Source of the DNA: an uncultured Clostridia bacterium
GTDB lineage: Bacteria > Bacillota > Clostridia > Christensenellales > CAG-138
Direction of reading: 5' to 3'
Length of the DNA: 64,000 bases
Assembly (NCBI GenBank): GCA_946185305.1
Contig: CAMHJE010000001.1
Location: forward strand, 23,636-87,635
The stretch's first letter is position 1; each line of letters begins with the position of its first letter. The notes beneath the pieces are model-generated. The model saw nothing but the letters and a program-made list of their open reading frames with translations, did no database searches and was not told where the DNA came from. Positions 17,265 through 26,274 of the stretch are shown one piece after another. Position numbers and translations under genes: made by a program.

Positions 17265-18953
17265 ATGGAAAATACAAATTGGATTTTTGCCGATCTGCCC
17301 TATGCGCGTTACGATGTAGACGACTTCATGCGCGACGAAAGCGCCCTGCTCGACGCGCTCGAGCAGGCCCAAACAGCCGACGAAGCCAAGGCCGCCTACC
17401 TTGCGATCGACGCGCTTTCGCAGCGGTTTTCGACGACTGTGACGATTGCGCACGTCCGTCACGACTGCGATACGAACGACAAATTCTACGACGAAGAAAT
17501 GACCTACTGGGATACGAACCTGCCACGTACGATGCCGCTGGACGAACGGCTGATGAAAACGCTGCTCGCGCATCCGTTCCGCAAGGCCTTGGAGGACGCG
17601 TTCGGCAAGATCATTTTCACGGCCGCCGAAGCGCGGATGCGCCTGATGGACGAGCGCCTGATCCCGGACATGACCGAGGATCAGCTGCTGAGAAGCCGCT
17701 ACGCCAAGCTGACCGCGGGCTGCACGACCGAGTATATGGGCCAAACCTGCAACTTCTACGGCCTGCTGAAATTCATGCAGGATCCGGATCGCACCGTGCG
17801 GGAAGGCGCGTTTCGCAAATGGGCGGCGCTGTACGCCTCGATTGCGGACGAGCTTGACGAGATCTATGACAAGATGGTCGCCCTGCGCACGCATAAGGCC
17901 GCGATCCTCGGCATGGAAAACTATGTCGAGATGGCGTATCTCGAGCGCGGCCGCTACGAATACAGCGAAACCGACGTGGCGCGCTTCCGGGAGGGCGTGA
18001 AAAAGTACGTCGTGCCGCTTTGCGCGCGCATCCGGGAGGAGCAGCGCAAGCGCATCGGCGTGGACAAGCTGCGCTATTACGACGAGGAATTTTTCTTCCC
18101 GGAGGGCAACCCGACGCCGCACGGCACCGAGGCCGAAATGGTCGAGGCGGCGCGGCAGATGTACCGCGAGCTGTCGCCCGAAACCGGCGAATACTTCGAT
18201 TTCATGGTGCAGCATCAGCTGTTCGATCTGACCTCGCGCCCCGGCAAGCGCATGGGCGGGTATCAGACCGAGCTGGCCGCGCGCAAGGCGCCGTTCATCT
18301 TCTCCAACTTCAACGGCACCTCCGCCGATGTGGACGTGCTGACGCATGAGGCGGGGCACGCATTCCAGGCCTACCTTGCCTCGCGCACGCTGCCGGTGTC
18401 GGACGTATGGCAGGCGCCGATGGAGATCTGCGAGGTACATTCGATGTCGATGGAGCACTTCGCCTATCCGTGGATGGAAAAGTTCTTCGGCGACGACGCG
18501 CCGCGCTATCGTCGCGCGCACCTCACGAACGCAATGCTCACGATCCCGTATCTCGCCATGGTCGATGATTTTCAGCACCGCGTCTATCGCAAGCCGGACA
18601 TGACCCGTGCCGAGCGGTACGCCGTATGGAAGGAACTGGAGGGCGAATACCTGCCGTGGCGCGACTACGACGGCGACGCGTTCCTGGAAAAGGGCGGGTT
18701 CTGGATGCAAAAGCAGCATATCTTTATCTACCCGTTCTATTACATCGACTATGCGCTGGCACAGACCTGCGCGTTCGATTTCTACCTCAAGCACCTGCAG
18801 GATCCGAAGGCGGCCTGGGCGGATTACCTTGCGCTGTGCAAGGCGGGCGGCAGCGTCGGCTACTTCGAGCTGCTGAAGGTCGGCAACCTCCGCAGCCCGT
18901 TCGACGAAACGACCGTGCGCGATATCACCGCCGCAATCGAGGCGCTGCTTTGA
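17265..18953 (+). CDS. M3-family oligoendopeptidase (PepF-like paralog)
   Basis: HEAGHAFQ zinc motif. 562 aa, collinear with M3B peptidases. Confidence 0.88.
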   Translation: MENTNWIFADLPYARYDVDDFMRDESALLDALEQAQTADEAKAAYLAIDALSQRFSTTVTIAHVRHDCDTNDKFYDEEMTYWDTNLPRTMPLDERLMKTLLAHPFRKALEDAFGKIIFTAAEARMRLMDERLIPDMTEDQLLRSRYAKLTAGCTTEYMGQTCNFYGLLKFMQDPDRTVREGAFRKWAALYASIADELDEIYDKMVALRTHKAAILGMENYVEMAYLERGRYEYSETDVARFREGVKKYVVPLCARIREEQRKRIGVDKLRYYDEEFFFPEGNPTPHGTEAEMVEAARQMYRELSPETGEYFDFMVQHQLFDLTSRPGKRMGGYQTELAARKAPFIFSNFNGTSADVDVLTHEAGHAFQAYLASRTLPVSDVWQAPMEICEVHSMSMEHFAYPWMEKFFGDDAPRYRRAHLTNAMLTIPYLAMVDDFQHRVYRKPDMTRAERYAVWKELEGEYLPWRDYDGDAFLEKGGFWMQKQHIFIYPFYYIDYALAQTCAFDFYLKHLQDPKAAWADYLALCKAGGSVGYFELLKVGNLRSPFDETTVRDITAAIEALL

Positions 18954-18954
18954 T

Positions 18955-19695
18955 ATGGCGGATCGGTTTTCCCGCACCGAGCTGGTGCTCGGCCGCGCAG
19001 CGTTGGAACGGCTGCAGAACAGCCGCGTGATCGTGTTCGGTGTCGGCGGCGTCGGCGGGTACTGCGTCGAGGCGCTCGCCCGCAGCGGCGTCGGGCATAT
19101 CGAGATCGTCGATGACGACTGCGTCGCACCGTCGAACCTGAACCGTCAGATCATCGCGCTCGAAAGCACCGTCGGTCGTCCGAAGGTCGAGGTCATGGCG
19201 GAGCGCATCCATGATATCAACCCGGACTGCGAGGTCGTCGCGCACCGGATGTTCTTCCTGCCAGAAACGCAGGATCGGTTCGACTTTGCCGCTTATGATT
19301 ATGTGGTGGACTGCGTCGATACCGTCGCGGCCAAGCTCGCGCTGATCGAAGCGTGTCAAAAGGCGAATACCCCGATCCTATGCGCCATGGGCGCGGGCAA
19401 TAAGCTCGACCCGACCGCGTTCAAGGTTGCCGACCTCGAAAAAACATCCGTCGATCCGCTTGCCCGCGTGATGCGCGTGCAATGCCGCAAGCGCGGCTTC
19501 AAGCATGTGCGCGTCGTCTATTCGACCGAGCCGCCCGTTCCGCCGTCGCCGGACAGCGATAGGGAGGCCGTCCGCGCCGAGGGCAAGACGGCGAACCGCC
19601 GCAGCATCCCCGGCTCGCTGGCGTTCGTCCCGTCGGTGATGGGCTTGGTTTTGGCGGGCGAGGTCGTGCGCGCCTTGGCAAAGCGCGAACCGTAA
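18955..19695 (+). CDS. tcdA: tRNA threonylcarbamoyladenosine dehydratase (ThiF/E1-like)
   Basis: RVIVFGVGGVGGYCVEALARSGVGHIEIVDDD Rossmann motif. ThiF-family length and layout. Confidence 0.8.
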   Translation: MADRFSRTELVLGRAALERLQNSRVIVFGVGGVGGYCVEALARSGVGHIEIVDDDCVAPSNLNRQIIALESTVGRPKVEVMAERIHDINPDCEVVAHRMFFLPETQDRFDFAAYDYVVDCVDTVAAKLALIEACQKANTPILCAMGAGNKLDPTAFKVADLEKTSVDPLARVMRVQCRKRGFKHVRVVYSTEPPVPPSPDSDREAVRAEGKTANRRSIPGSLAFVPSVMGLVLAGEVVRALAKREP

Positions 19696-19742
19696 TTGCC
19701 GGAAAACGGTACGGATTAGCATACCGAAAAACGCAAAAGATA

Positions 19743-19781
19743 AAGGCAGTCTTTTCCCAAAAGGAGAGGCTGCCTTGTTTC
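19743..19781 (+). terminator. Possible terminator after tcdA
   Basis: AAGGCAG...CTGCCTT stem with an inner CTTTT-ccc-AAAAG, followed by GTTTCTT. Confidence 0.4.
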
Positions 19782-19810
19782 TTGACAGGCCGGGCGGCAA
19801 GGCGTATACT
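19782..19810 (+). promoter_or_regulatory. Near-consensus promoter of the HAD/kinase operon
   Basis: TTGACA-17 nt-TATACT. Confidence 0.65.
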
Positions 19811-19848
19811 GCTTTTATATGGAGCAAAGCTCGAAAAAGAGGGAAGCT

Positions 19849-20658
19849 ATGGAAACATTTACCGACCGACCGAATCGCCCGTCCGCCGCGCCGCGCTATG
19901 CGGTGCTGGATTTCGACGGCACGGTGTCGCTGATCCGCGAGGGCTGGCAGCAGATCATGACGCCGTATTTCACCGACGAGCTGGCCGCTACGCCCAGAGG
20001 GCGCGAGCTGCCGTATGAAACGGTCGAGGCCATCTGCCGCGAGTTTATCACGCTGCTGACCGGCAAGCAGACGATCTATCAATGCATCCGGCTCGCGGAG
20101 GAGATTACCGCGTTCGGCGGCACGCCGCTCGATCCGCAGGCGTATAAGGACGAGTATTCGAGACGGCTGCTGAAGCGGATCGACGGGCGGCTCAAGGGCC
20201 TTGCGGACGGGTCGATCGACCCCGAAACGCTGACGGTGCCCGGCGCATACGACCTGTTGGACATGCTGCTGCGGCACGGCGTCACGCCATACCTTGCGTC
20301 CGGCACCGACGAGGAGCATGTGCTGCAGGAAGCGCATTTACTGGGCGTGGACAAATACTTCGGCCAGCACATCTACGGTGCGCAGAGGGCGTACAAAACG
20401 TTCTCCAAAAAGCTTGTGATCGAACGGCTGATCCGGGAAAACGGGCTGTCCGGCGCGGAGCTGATCGGCTTCGGCGACGGCTATGTGGAGATCGAAAACG
20501 TGCGCGAGGCAGGCGGCTTTGCCGTCGGCGTCGCGTCGAACGAGCATGACCGCTGCGGGATCGACGAATGGAAGCGCGAGCGCCTGATCCGCGCGGGCGC
20601 GAATCTGATCATCCCGGACTACCGCGACCTGAACGCGCTCGAAGCACAGCTGTTTTAG
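19849..20658 (+). CDS. HAD-superfamily hydrolase (phosphatase-like)
   Basis: Motif I VLDFDGT and motif IV GFGDGYVE. Start set to the second Met (METFT), which has a GAGGGAAG RBS. The ATG at 19819 lies only 8 nt after the -10 box. Confidence 0.75.
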   Translation: METFTDRPNRPSAAPRYAVLDFDGTVSLIREGWQQIMTPYFTDELAATPRGRELPYETVEAICREFITLLTGKQTIYQCIRLAEEITAFGGTPLDPQAYKDEYSRRLLKRIDGRLKGLADGSIDPETLTVPGAYDLLDMLLRHGVTPYLASGTDEEHVLQEAHLLGVDKYFGQHIYGAQRAYKTFSKKLVIERLIRENGLSGAELIGFGDGYVEIENVREAGGFAVGVASNEHDRCGIDEWKRERLIRAGANLIIPDYRDLNALEAQLF

Positions 20659-20700
20659 CATCGCTCAAAACACCGACCCGCCATACGAAAGGGAGAGCTT

Positions 20701-21723
20701 ATGGAACTGACACGCAACCGGCTGACGGAGATTTTTGCTCGCTACGCCGATCTGAAAATCGCGCTTGTCGGGGATCTGTTCTTGGATCAATGGTTCGAGA
20801 TCGACCCGTCTCTGAACGAGATTTCGCTGGAAACCGGCAAGACGGCGCATCAGGTCGTCGGACGGCGCTCCTCGCCGGGCGCGGGCGGCAATGTGCTGAG
20901 CAACCTGGCGGCAATGGGCGCGGGGAAGCTCTGGGTGATTTCGCTGATCGGGCACGACGGCGGGGGATGGGAGCTGCTGCGGCTTTTGAAGGAGCGCGGC
21001 ATCGACGTGTCCCGCATCCTTTGGTCGGATGCGGTCATGACGCCGTCCTATATCAAGCCGATGAACCCGACCGAGGGCGAACGGTTTGATATCAAGAACT
21101 TCACGACGACGCCGACGGAGCTTGAAAACGAGCTGATCGATCGTCTGCAGACCGTCGCCGCCGAAGCCGACGCGGTGATTTTGCTTGATCAGGTCTGCGA
21201 GCCGGACTGCGGCGTGATCACCGAGCGCGTGCGCGCTGCGGCGGCCAAGGCTGCCGAGGCGAACCCCGATACGCTGTTTATTGCGGATTCGCGCGCGTTT
21301 GCCCATGCGTTCCGCAATGTGATCTTAAAGTGCAACAACTTTGAAGCAGCGGAGCTTTCCGGCCGCGTCGCGGACGAAAACGAATTCAACCGGCATGAGA
21401 TCTTCGCGTGCATGGACGATATCGAAACGCTCACCGGCCGTCCCGTGATCATCACCTGCAACCGCCACGGCATCGCCGTGCGCGACGGCGGAGAGCAGCG
21501 CATCCTGCCCGCTGTCCGGTTCAGCGGCCCGATCGACGTGTGCGGCGCGGGAGACGCCTGCACCGCCGCGTTCGCCATGTCGCTCTGCGCGGGCGCGTCA
21601 ATGACCGAGGCCGCCGAGATCGCCAACCTTGCCGCGGGCGTGACCGTGCGCAAGCTCAACGAAACCGGCACCGCCACCCAAGCCGAAATGCTCGCCATGC
21701 TTTCCGAGCAGCAGGCATTTTAA
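20701..21723 (+). CDS. PfkB-family sugar/sugar-phosphate kinase (RfaE/HldE domain-I-like)
   Basis: KIALVGDLFLDQW N-terminus and the DVCGAGDACTAAF anion-hole motif. Confidence 0.75.
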   Translation: MELTRNRLTEIFARYADLKIALVGDLFLDQWFEIDPSLNEISLETGKTAHQVVGRRSSPGAGGNVLSNLAAMGAGKLWVISLIGHDGGGWELLRLLKERGIDVSRILWSDAVMTPSYIKPMNPTEGERFDIKNFTTTPTELENELIDRLQTVAAEADAVILLDQVCEPDCGVITERVRAAAAKAAEANPDTLFIADSRAFAHAFRNVILKCNNFEAAELSGRVADENEFNRHEIFACMDDIETLTGRPVIITCNRHGIAVRDGGEQRILPAVRFSGPIDVCGAGDACTAAFAMSLCAGASMTEAAEIANLAAGVTVRKLNETGTATQAEMLAMLSEQQAF

Positions 21724-21740
21724 TGACAAATACACAGTCT

Positions 21741-21772
21741 GCGGCGCGGCCATCGGCTGCGCCGCCTTTTCT
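21741..21772 (+). terminator. Intrinsic terminator after the kinase gene
   Basis: GCGGCGCGGCC-atc-GGCTGCGCCGC stem of about 11 bp followed by CTTTTCTT. Confidence 0.65.
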
Positions 21773-21824
21773 TACCGCAAACGCAACTGGCGTTTTGCAC
21801 GGCATGGATTGCGCCGGCAGACGG

Positions 21825-21853
21825 TTGACAAAAGCGGGCCGGAACGGTATCAT
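21825..21853 (+). promoter_or_regulatory. Promoter of the GH2 gene
   Basis: TTGACA-17 nt-TATCAT. Confidence 0.6.
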
Positions 21854-21889
21854 AAAATATAAGTAAAAGAACATACGGGGAGGCATTCG

Positions 21890-24274
21890 ATGAAACGTAC
21901 CGCATGGAATGACAACTGGTTGATCCGGCACCTCGGCACCGACGAAGCGCCGCAGCCCGTCCGCGTGCCGGACGATGCCATGCTGCGCGAGCCGCGCACC
22001 GCAAAGGCGCTCGGCGGTCTCAGCGTTGGCTGGTTCGAGGGGCGCGATTACAGCTATACCAAGACCTTTACGCTTTCGGCGGAGGAAGCGGAACGGCACA
22101 ACGTGCTCGAATTTGAGGGCGTCTACCGCAAGGCGGAGGTCTATATCAACGGTGAAAAGGCGATGTTCCGGCCCTACGGCTACACGAATTTCTACGTGGA
22201 TTGCGATGCGTTCGTGCATGCGGGGGAAAACGAGATCGAGGTGCGCGCCTTTAACGCCGATCAGCCGAATTCCCGCTGGTATTCCGGCGCGGGCATCTAC
22301 CGCCCGGTGCAGCTTTGGACGAGCGGGAAAAACCGCATCGAACTGAACGGCGTCAAGATCCGCACGCTCTCGCTTGATCCGGCTTCGGTTGAAGTCACGG
22401 TCAAGACGAGCGGTGAAGGCCCGGTCACGGTCACGCTGCTGGACGGTGAAGCCGTTCTGGCCAAGGCCGAGGGCAGCGAGCGCACGTTTGCGCTGACCGT
22501 ACCCGGCGCGACGCCGTGGAGCGCCGAAACGCCGAAGCTCTATACCTGCCGCGTCACGTATGCCGACGATGAGACCGAGGAAACGTTCGGTTTCCGCACG
22601 ATCGCCTGGGGACGGGACGGCTTTTTGGTCAACGGCGAGCGCGTCATTTTGCGCGGCGCGTGCGTGCATCACGACAACGGACTGATCGGCGCGGTCTGCG
22701 ACCCCGACGCGCTCGAACGCCGCATCCGCATCTTAAAGGAGAACGGCTATAATGCGCTGCGCAGCGCACACAATCCCTGCTCGAAAACGGCACTCGAAAT
22801 CTGCGACCGGCTCGGCGTGTACGTCATGGACGAATACATCGACCATTGGTACATCCATAAGACGATGTACGATTACGTCGATTTCTTCTTTGACTTCTGG
22901 CAGCAGGACGTGACCGATATGGTCGATAAGGACTTCAACCATCCGTGCGTGATTCTGTATTCGTCCGGCAATGAGGTCGCGGAGACCGCGCAGCCCAAGG
23001 GGATTCAGCTGGCTAAGGATCTGACCGCGCTGTTCCACAAGCTCGATCCGACGCGCCCGGTCACCTGCGGCATCAATATTTTCTTCAATTTCCTGAACAA
23101 GATCGGCTTCGGCCAGTATTCGGACGAGAAGGCCAAAAAGGAAGCGGAGGCCGCGGCTAAGGCCAAGGCTGAGGGCAAAAAGGCCAAGGAGAGCAGCACC
23201 GGCTCGAAGTTCTTCAACGATATGGCCGGGCTTTTGGGCGCTGGGTTTATGAAGACCGGCGCGGCGCTGCACGGCTCGGATGTTACCACGCGCGAGGCCT
23301 TTGCGAACATGGATATCGCGGGCTACAACTACGGCGAAAAGCGGTACAAAAAGGACTTGAAAAACTATCCGAACCGCATCATTCTCGGATCGGAAACCTT
23401 CTGCTTCGACGCCTATAAGTTCTGGGAACTCGCCAAGGACAACCCGCGTCTGATCGGCGATTTCGTATGGGCGGGCAGCGACTACCTCGGCGAGTGCATG
23501 ATCGGCGCGTGGGAGTACGGCGACTATGCCAAGAACATGGACGCCGGCCCCGGCTGGATCGCGGCGGGCAGCGGCCGGATCGATCTGACCGGCAAGCCGC
23601 TCGGCGAGGCGCTGTATACCCGCGTCGCCTTTGAGCGCGAAAACGGGCCGTATATCGCGGTGCGCCCGATCTGTCATGAGGGCAAGCACAGCCCGTCGTC
23701 GTGGAAAATGACAAACGCGATGCCGTCATGGTCGTGGCGCGGCTTTGAGGGACGCGTCGCCACCGTCGAGGTCTATGCGCGCGCGGCAGCGGTCGAATTG
23801 AAGCTGAACGGCAAGAGCGTCGGCAAAAAGGCGTTTCATAACGACTGCGTCTATACGTTCAAGGTACCGTATGAAAACGGCTCGCTCGAGGCCGTTGCGC
23901 TCGACGCGCAGGGCCGCGAGATCGGCCGGAACGAATTAAAAACCGCCGAGCTTCGCACCGTGCTCCTTGCCGAGCCGGAGGAAAAGACCGTTCGCCCCGG
24001 TCACCTTGCCTTTATCCGCTTCCGCTATGCGGACGCCTACGGTACGACCAAGCCCGCCGAGCGCGGCATGCTCCATGCCGAGGTGACGGGCGGCACGCTC
24101 GAAGCGTTCGGCTCGGCCTGCCCGTTCTATGAGCAGAGCTATCTCGATCCCGATTCGGACACCTACTACGGCGAAGCCCTGCTGATCGCCCGCGCGGGCG
24201 AGGGCGGCACGCTCTCCGTCAAGGTCACGGACGGCACGCGCAGCGCCGAAGCGGCGGTGGAAATCGCACAATAA
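21890..24274 (+). CDS. GH2-family glycoside hydrolase (beta-galactosidase/beta-glucuronidase-like), cytoplasmic
   Basis: Sugar-binding N-domain (WNDNW), NALRSAHNPCS and the acid/base region ILYSSGNEVAE. 794 aa. Confidence 0.85.
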   Translation: MKRTAWNDNWLIRHLGTDEAPQPVRVPDDAMLREPRTAKALGGLSVGWFEGRDYSYTKTFTLSAEEAERHNVLEFEGVYRKAEVYINGEKAMFRPYGYTNFYVDCDAFVHAGENEIEVRAFNADQPNSRWYSGAGIYRPVQLWTSGKNRIELNGVKIRTLSLDPASVEVTVKTSGEGPVTVTLLDGEAVLAKAEGSERTFALTVPGATPWSAETPKLYTCRVTYADDETEETFGFRTIAWGRDGFLVNGERVILRGACVHHDNGLIGAVCDPDALERRIRILKENGYNALRSAHNPCSKTALEICDRLGVYVMDEYIDHWYIHKTMYDYVDFFFDFWQQDVTDMVDKDFNHPCVILYSSGNEVAETAQPKGIQLAKDLTALFHKLDPTRPVTCGINIFFNFLNKIGFGQYSDEKAKKEAEAAAKAKAEGKKAKESSTGSKFFNDMAGLLGAGFMKTGAALHGSDVTTREAFANMDIAGYNYGEKRYKKDLKNYPNRIILGSETFCFDAYKFWELAKDNPRLIGDFVWAGSDYLGECMIGAWEYGDYAKNMDAGPGWIAAGSGRIDLTGKPLGEALYTRVAFERENGPYIAVRPICHEGKHSPSSWKMTNAMPSWSWRGFEGRVATVEVYARAAAVELKLNGKSVGKKAFHNDCVYTFKVPYENGSLEAVALDAQGREIGRNELKTAELRTVLLAEPEEKTVRPGHLAFIRFRYADAYGTTKPAERGMLHAEVTGGTLEAFGSACPFYEQSYLDPDSDTYYGEALLIARAGEGGTLSVKVTDGTRSAEAAVEIAQ

Positions 24275-24288
24275 GCTAATCTGCAACG

Positions 24289-24321
24289 AAAAAACCGGCC
24301 GCATGCACGCGGTCGGTTTTT
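24289..24321. terminator. Bidirectional terminator between the convergent GH2 and GH10-like genes
   Basis: AAAAAA-CCGGCCGC-atgcac-GCGGTCGG-TTTTT, with one G.U pair. Confidence 0.7.
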
Positions 24322-24347
24322 CATAGGAGGGAACCGGATGAAGGCTT

Positions 24348-25598
24348 TTATAGAGCAAAGTCCCATGTCACGCTGCCGCCGCCCGCATAGAAGCTCTCAC
24401 GCGGGAGCGTGCGGGTGAACGTTTTACGGAGGCCGTCCGCTTCGACCGTGATTTCATAGTCGCCGCAGAACAGGCTTGCGCCCGTGACGCCCTCGGCGTT
24501 CGTGAGACTCGTTTGGTCGGACGACCATTCCTTGTGTATCAGCCGATGCAGCGTATGGTACACGGGCTTGGGGTTCATATCGTCGTCGATCACGCCGCCC
24601 GGCGCGCCGAGCCAGCGGTGATCGGTAAAGTCGAACCACGACAGCGCCTCCACGGCGGGTTCGGAAAAGACGAGCGTATAAAAATCCTCGGCAAAGCCCG
24701 CCTGCCATTCGGCCAGCTCGGGTGTTTCATAAAAGCGGTTGACCGTGCCGTTGCTGTCGTAAACCATCTCTCCGACCGGCGTGCCGCTGCAGATCGAGCA
24801 TTCCGGAAAATGGATCGGGAACCCGTAGGCCGCCGCGCGTTCGATCACGCGCATCGTTTCCTCTGCCGTCCAAAGATCGCGCTGCATGTGGCTCTGCATG
24901 CCGATGATGTCGATGCCCGCGCCCTCGTCGCGCAGACGGCCTAAAAAGTCAAAGTATTCGTCCTTATGCACGTTCCAGTCCCCGAACAGCAGCTTGGCGT
25001 CGGGCTTGATGGATCGCACCAGTTTCGCGCCGAATTGAATCATCTCGACCGGCCCGATGCGGCGCACCCACCGCGATACCGGGTTGTCGAACCGGTCGTT
25101 GACCATCGTTTCATTCGCCAGATCAAAAAAGTCGAACCGGTCGCCGTAGGTCTGCATCAGGTGCGTAATGCGGCGCACGTATTCGTCCTGCACGGTTTCG
25201 TCCGTCACCCAATCGGGGCAAAGCTCATGCCAGATCAGCGCGTGCAGCTTCTTTTTCAACCCATTTTCGTCCGCCCAATCGACAAGGTTGCCGGTGTACG
25301 GCTCGTTATATTGCCCGCGCTGCGGCTCGTACCACTTCCAATGGAACGGCACCATCGTATAGTTGAACAGCTTCGTGAACAGCTCGGTGAACCGCACTTC
25401 CTCCTCCGGCGTTTTATACGTGCCGTGCGCATAGCAGACCGCGCCGAACAGGAACGCCGATTTTGTCATTTTCATCCGTACCCGCGCGTTCTCCACGGGC
25501 TTGCCGTCTTTCCAGACAAGGCAGATCGCCTCCTTCTTGCGCACGCGCTCGATGCGGCGTTTGGCGTCCTGCAAAACCGATGATGAATAGCGGAGCAT
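24348..25598 (-). CDS. GH10-like glycoside hydrolase (xylanase-family fold), no signal peptide
   Basis: LHALIWHE, FDLANET (acid/base-like NE), IGMQSH and HFPECS (nucleophile-like E). AGGAGG RBS. Confidence 0.7.
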   Translation of the reverse strand: MLRYSSSVLQDAKRRIERVRKKEAICLVWKDGKPVENARVRMKMTKSAFLFGAVCYAHGTYKTPEEEVRFTELFTKLFNYTMVPFHWKWYEPQRGQYNEPYTGNLVDWADENGLKKKLHALIWHELCPDWVTDETVQDEYVRRITHLMQTYGDRFDFFDLANETMVNDRFDNPVSRWVRRIGPVEMIQFGAKLVRSIKPDAKLLFGDWNVHKDEYFDFLGRLRDEGAGIDIIGMQSHMQRDLWTAEETMRVIERAAAYGFPIHFPECSICSGTPVGEMVYDSNGTVNRFYETPELAEWQAGFAEDFYTLVFSEPAVEALSWFDFTDHRWLGAPGGVIDDDMNPKPVYHTLHRLIHKEWSSDQTSLTNAEGVTGASLFCGDYEITVEADGLRKTFTRTLPRESFYAGGGSVTWDFAL

Positions 25599-25615
25599 GG
25601 CGGTCCTCCTGCATG

Positions 25616-25629
25616 GGTAATCGTTTACC
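25616..25629. promoter_or_regulatory. LacI-type operator, site A
   Basis: ggtaatCGtttacc (reverse complement ggtaaaCGattacc). It overlaps the predicted +1 of the GH10 promoter. Confidence 0.5.
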
Positions 25630-25632
25630 TAT

Positions 25633-25660
25633 ATTGTAACCGATCCTGCCGATTTGTCAA
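25633..25660 (-). promoter_or_regulatory. GH10-like gene promoter
   Basis: Minus strand TTGACA-16 nt-TACAAT. Confidence 0.5.
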
Positions 25661-25690
25661 GGGAAATGTAAAGAAAACGAAAAATGCCGA

Positions 25691-25719
25691 TTGACTTTAC
25701 ACCGCCGCTGTGCTACCAT
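25691..25719 (+). promoter_or_regulatory. ygjV/yesL promoter
   Basis: TTGACT-17 nt-TACCAT. Confidence 0.45.
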
Positions 25720-25746
25720 CGGAAAAAACGAAAGGGGGCAGCCTGC

Positions 25747-26274
25747 ATGGAGAAAACGATTGCGCAGGTCATTGGGTTCGTCGCAGTCGCGGAAAACCTG
25801 CTGATCTATCTCAGCAACCGCCGCGAGCGGATCCTGCTGTGGAAGGCCGTTTCGGACGCGCTGTGGCTTATGAACTATCTGCTCATGGGCGGCTTCACGG
25901 GCGCGATGCTCAACGCCGTGGCGCTTGTGCGCGAGGGCGTGTTTTCGCTGCGCGGCAAGGCGAAATGGGCGGACGGCAAGTGGATCCCGGCGCTGTTTCT
26001 GGCGCTCACATGGCTGTCGCCCGCGCTCGAATGGATCAACGGTGGCGCGTTTACGTGGCTGCCGCTGCTGCCCGCGTTCGGCAGCATGATCTTTGTGCTC
26101 GGCTTTTATGTGAAAAATACCGTGTTCACCAAGGCGTCGTCACTTGTCGGCAACGCGCTGTGGCTGACCTATGCGATCCTGATCGGCAATACTGCCGGGC
26201 TCGTCGGCAATGTGCTGATGCTCGCCTCCGCGCTGATCGGGCTGTGGCGGGAAAGGCAGGCGAAGCACGGATGA
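25747..26274 (+). CDS. YgjV-family inner membrane protein
   Basis: MEKTIAQVIGFVAVAENLLIYLSNRRERILLWK... with multiple TM helices. Start set at the internal ATG, which has a GGGGG RBS. Confidence 0.6.
   Translation: MEKTIAQVIGFVAVAENLLIYLSNRRERILLWKAVSDALWLMNYLLMGGFTGAMLNAVALVREGVFSLRGKAKWADGKWIPALFLALTWLSPALEWINGGAFTWLPLLPAFGSMIFVLGFYVKNTVFTKASSLVGNALWLTYAILIGNTAGLVGNVLMLASALIGLWRERQAKHG

Noticed and set aside
25616-25629. Interpreting the recurring operator as CcpA cre sites (catabolite repression).
   Set aside because: The core resembles cre (…AANCGNT…), but the outer positions do not fit the TG…CA ends of the consensus. The sites are also much more similar to each other than a degenerate cre would require. 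A dedicated LacI-family repressor encoded in the locus is the simpler explanation. CcpA binding cannot be excluded without experiments.
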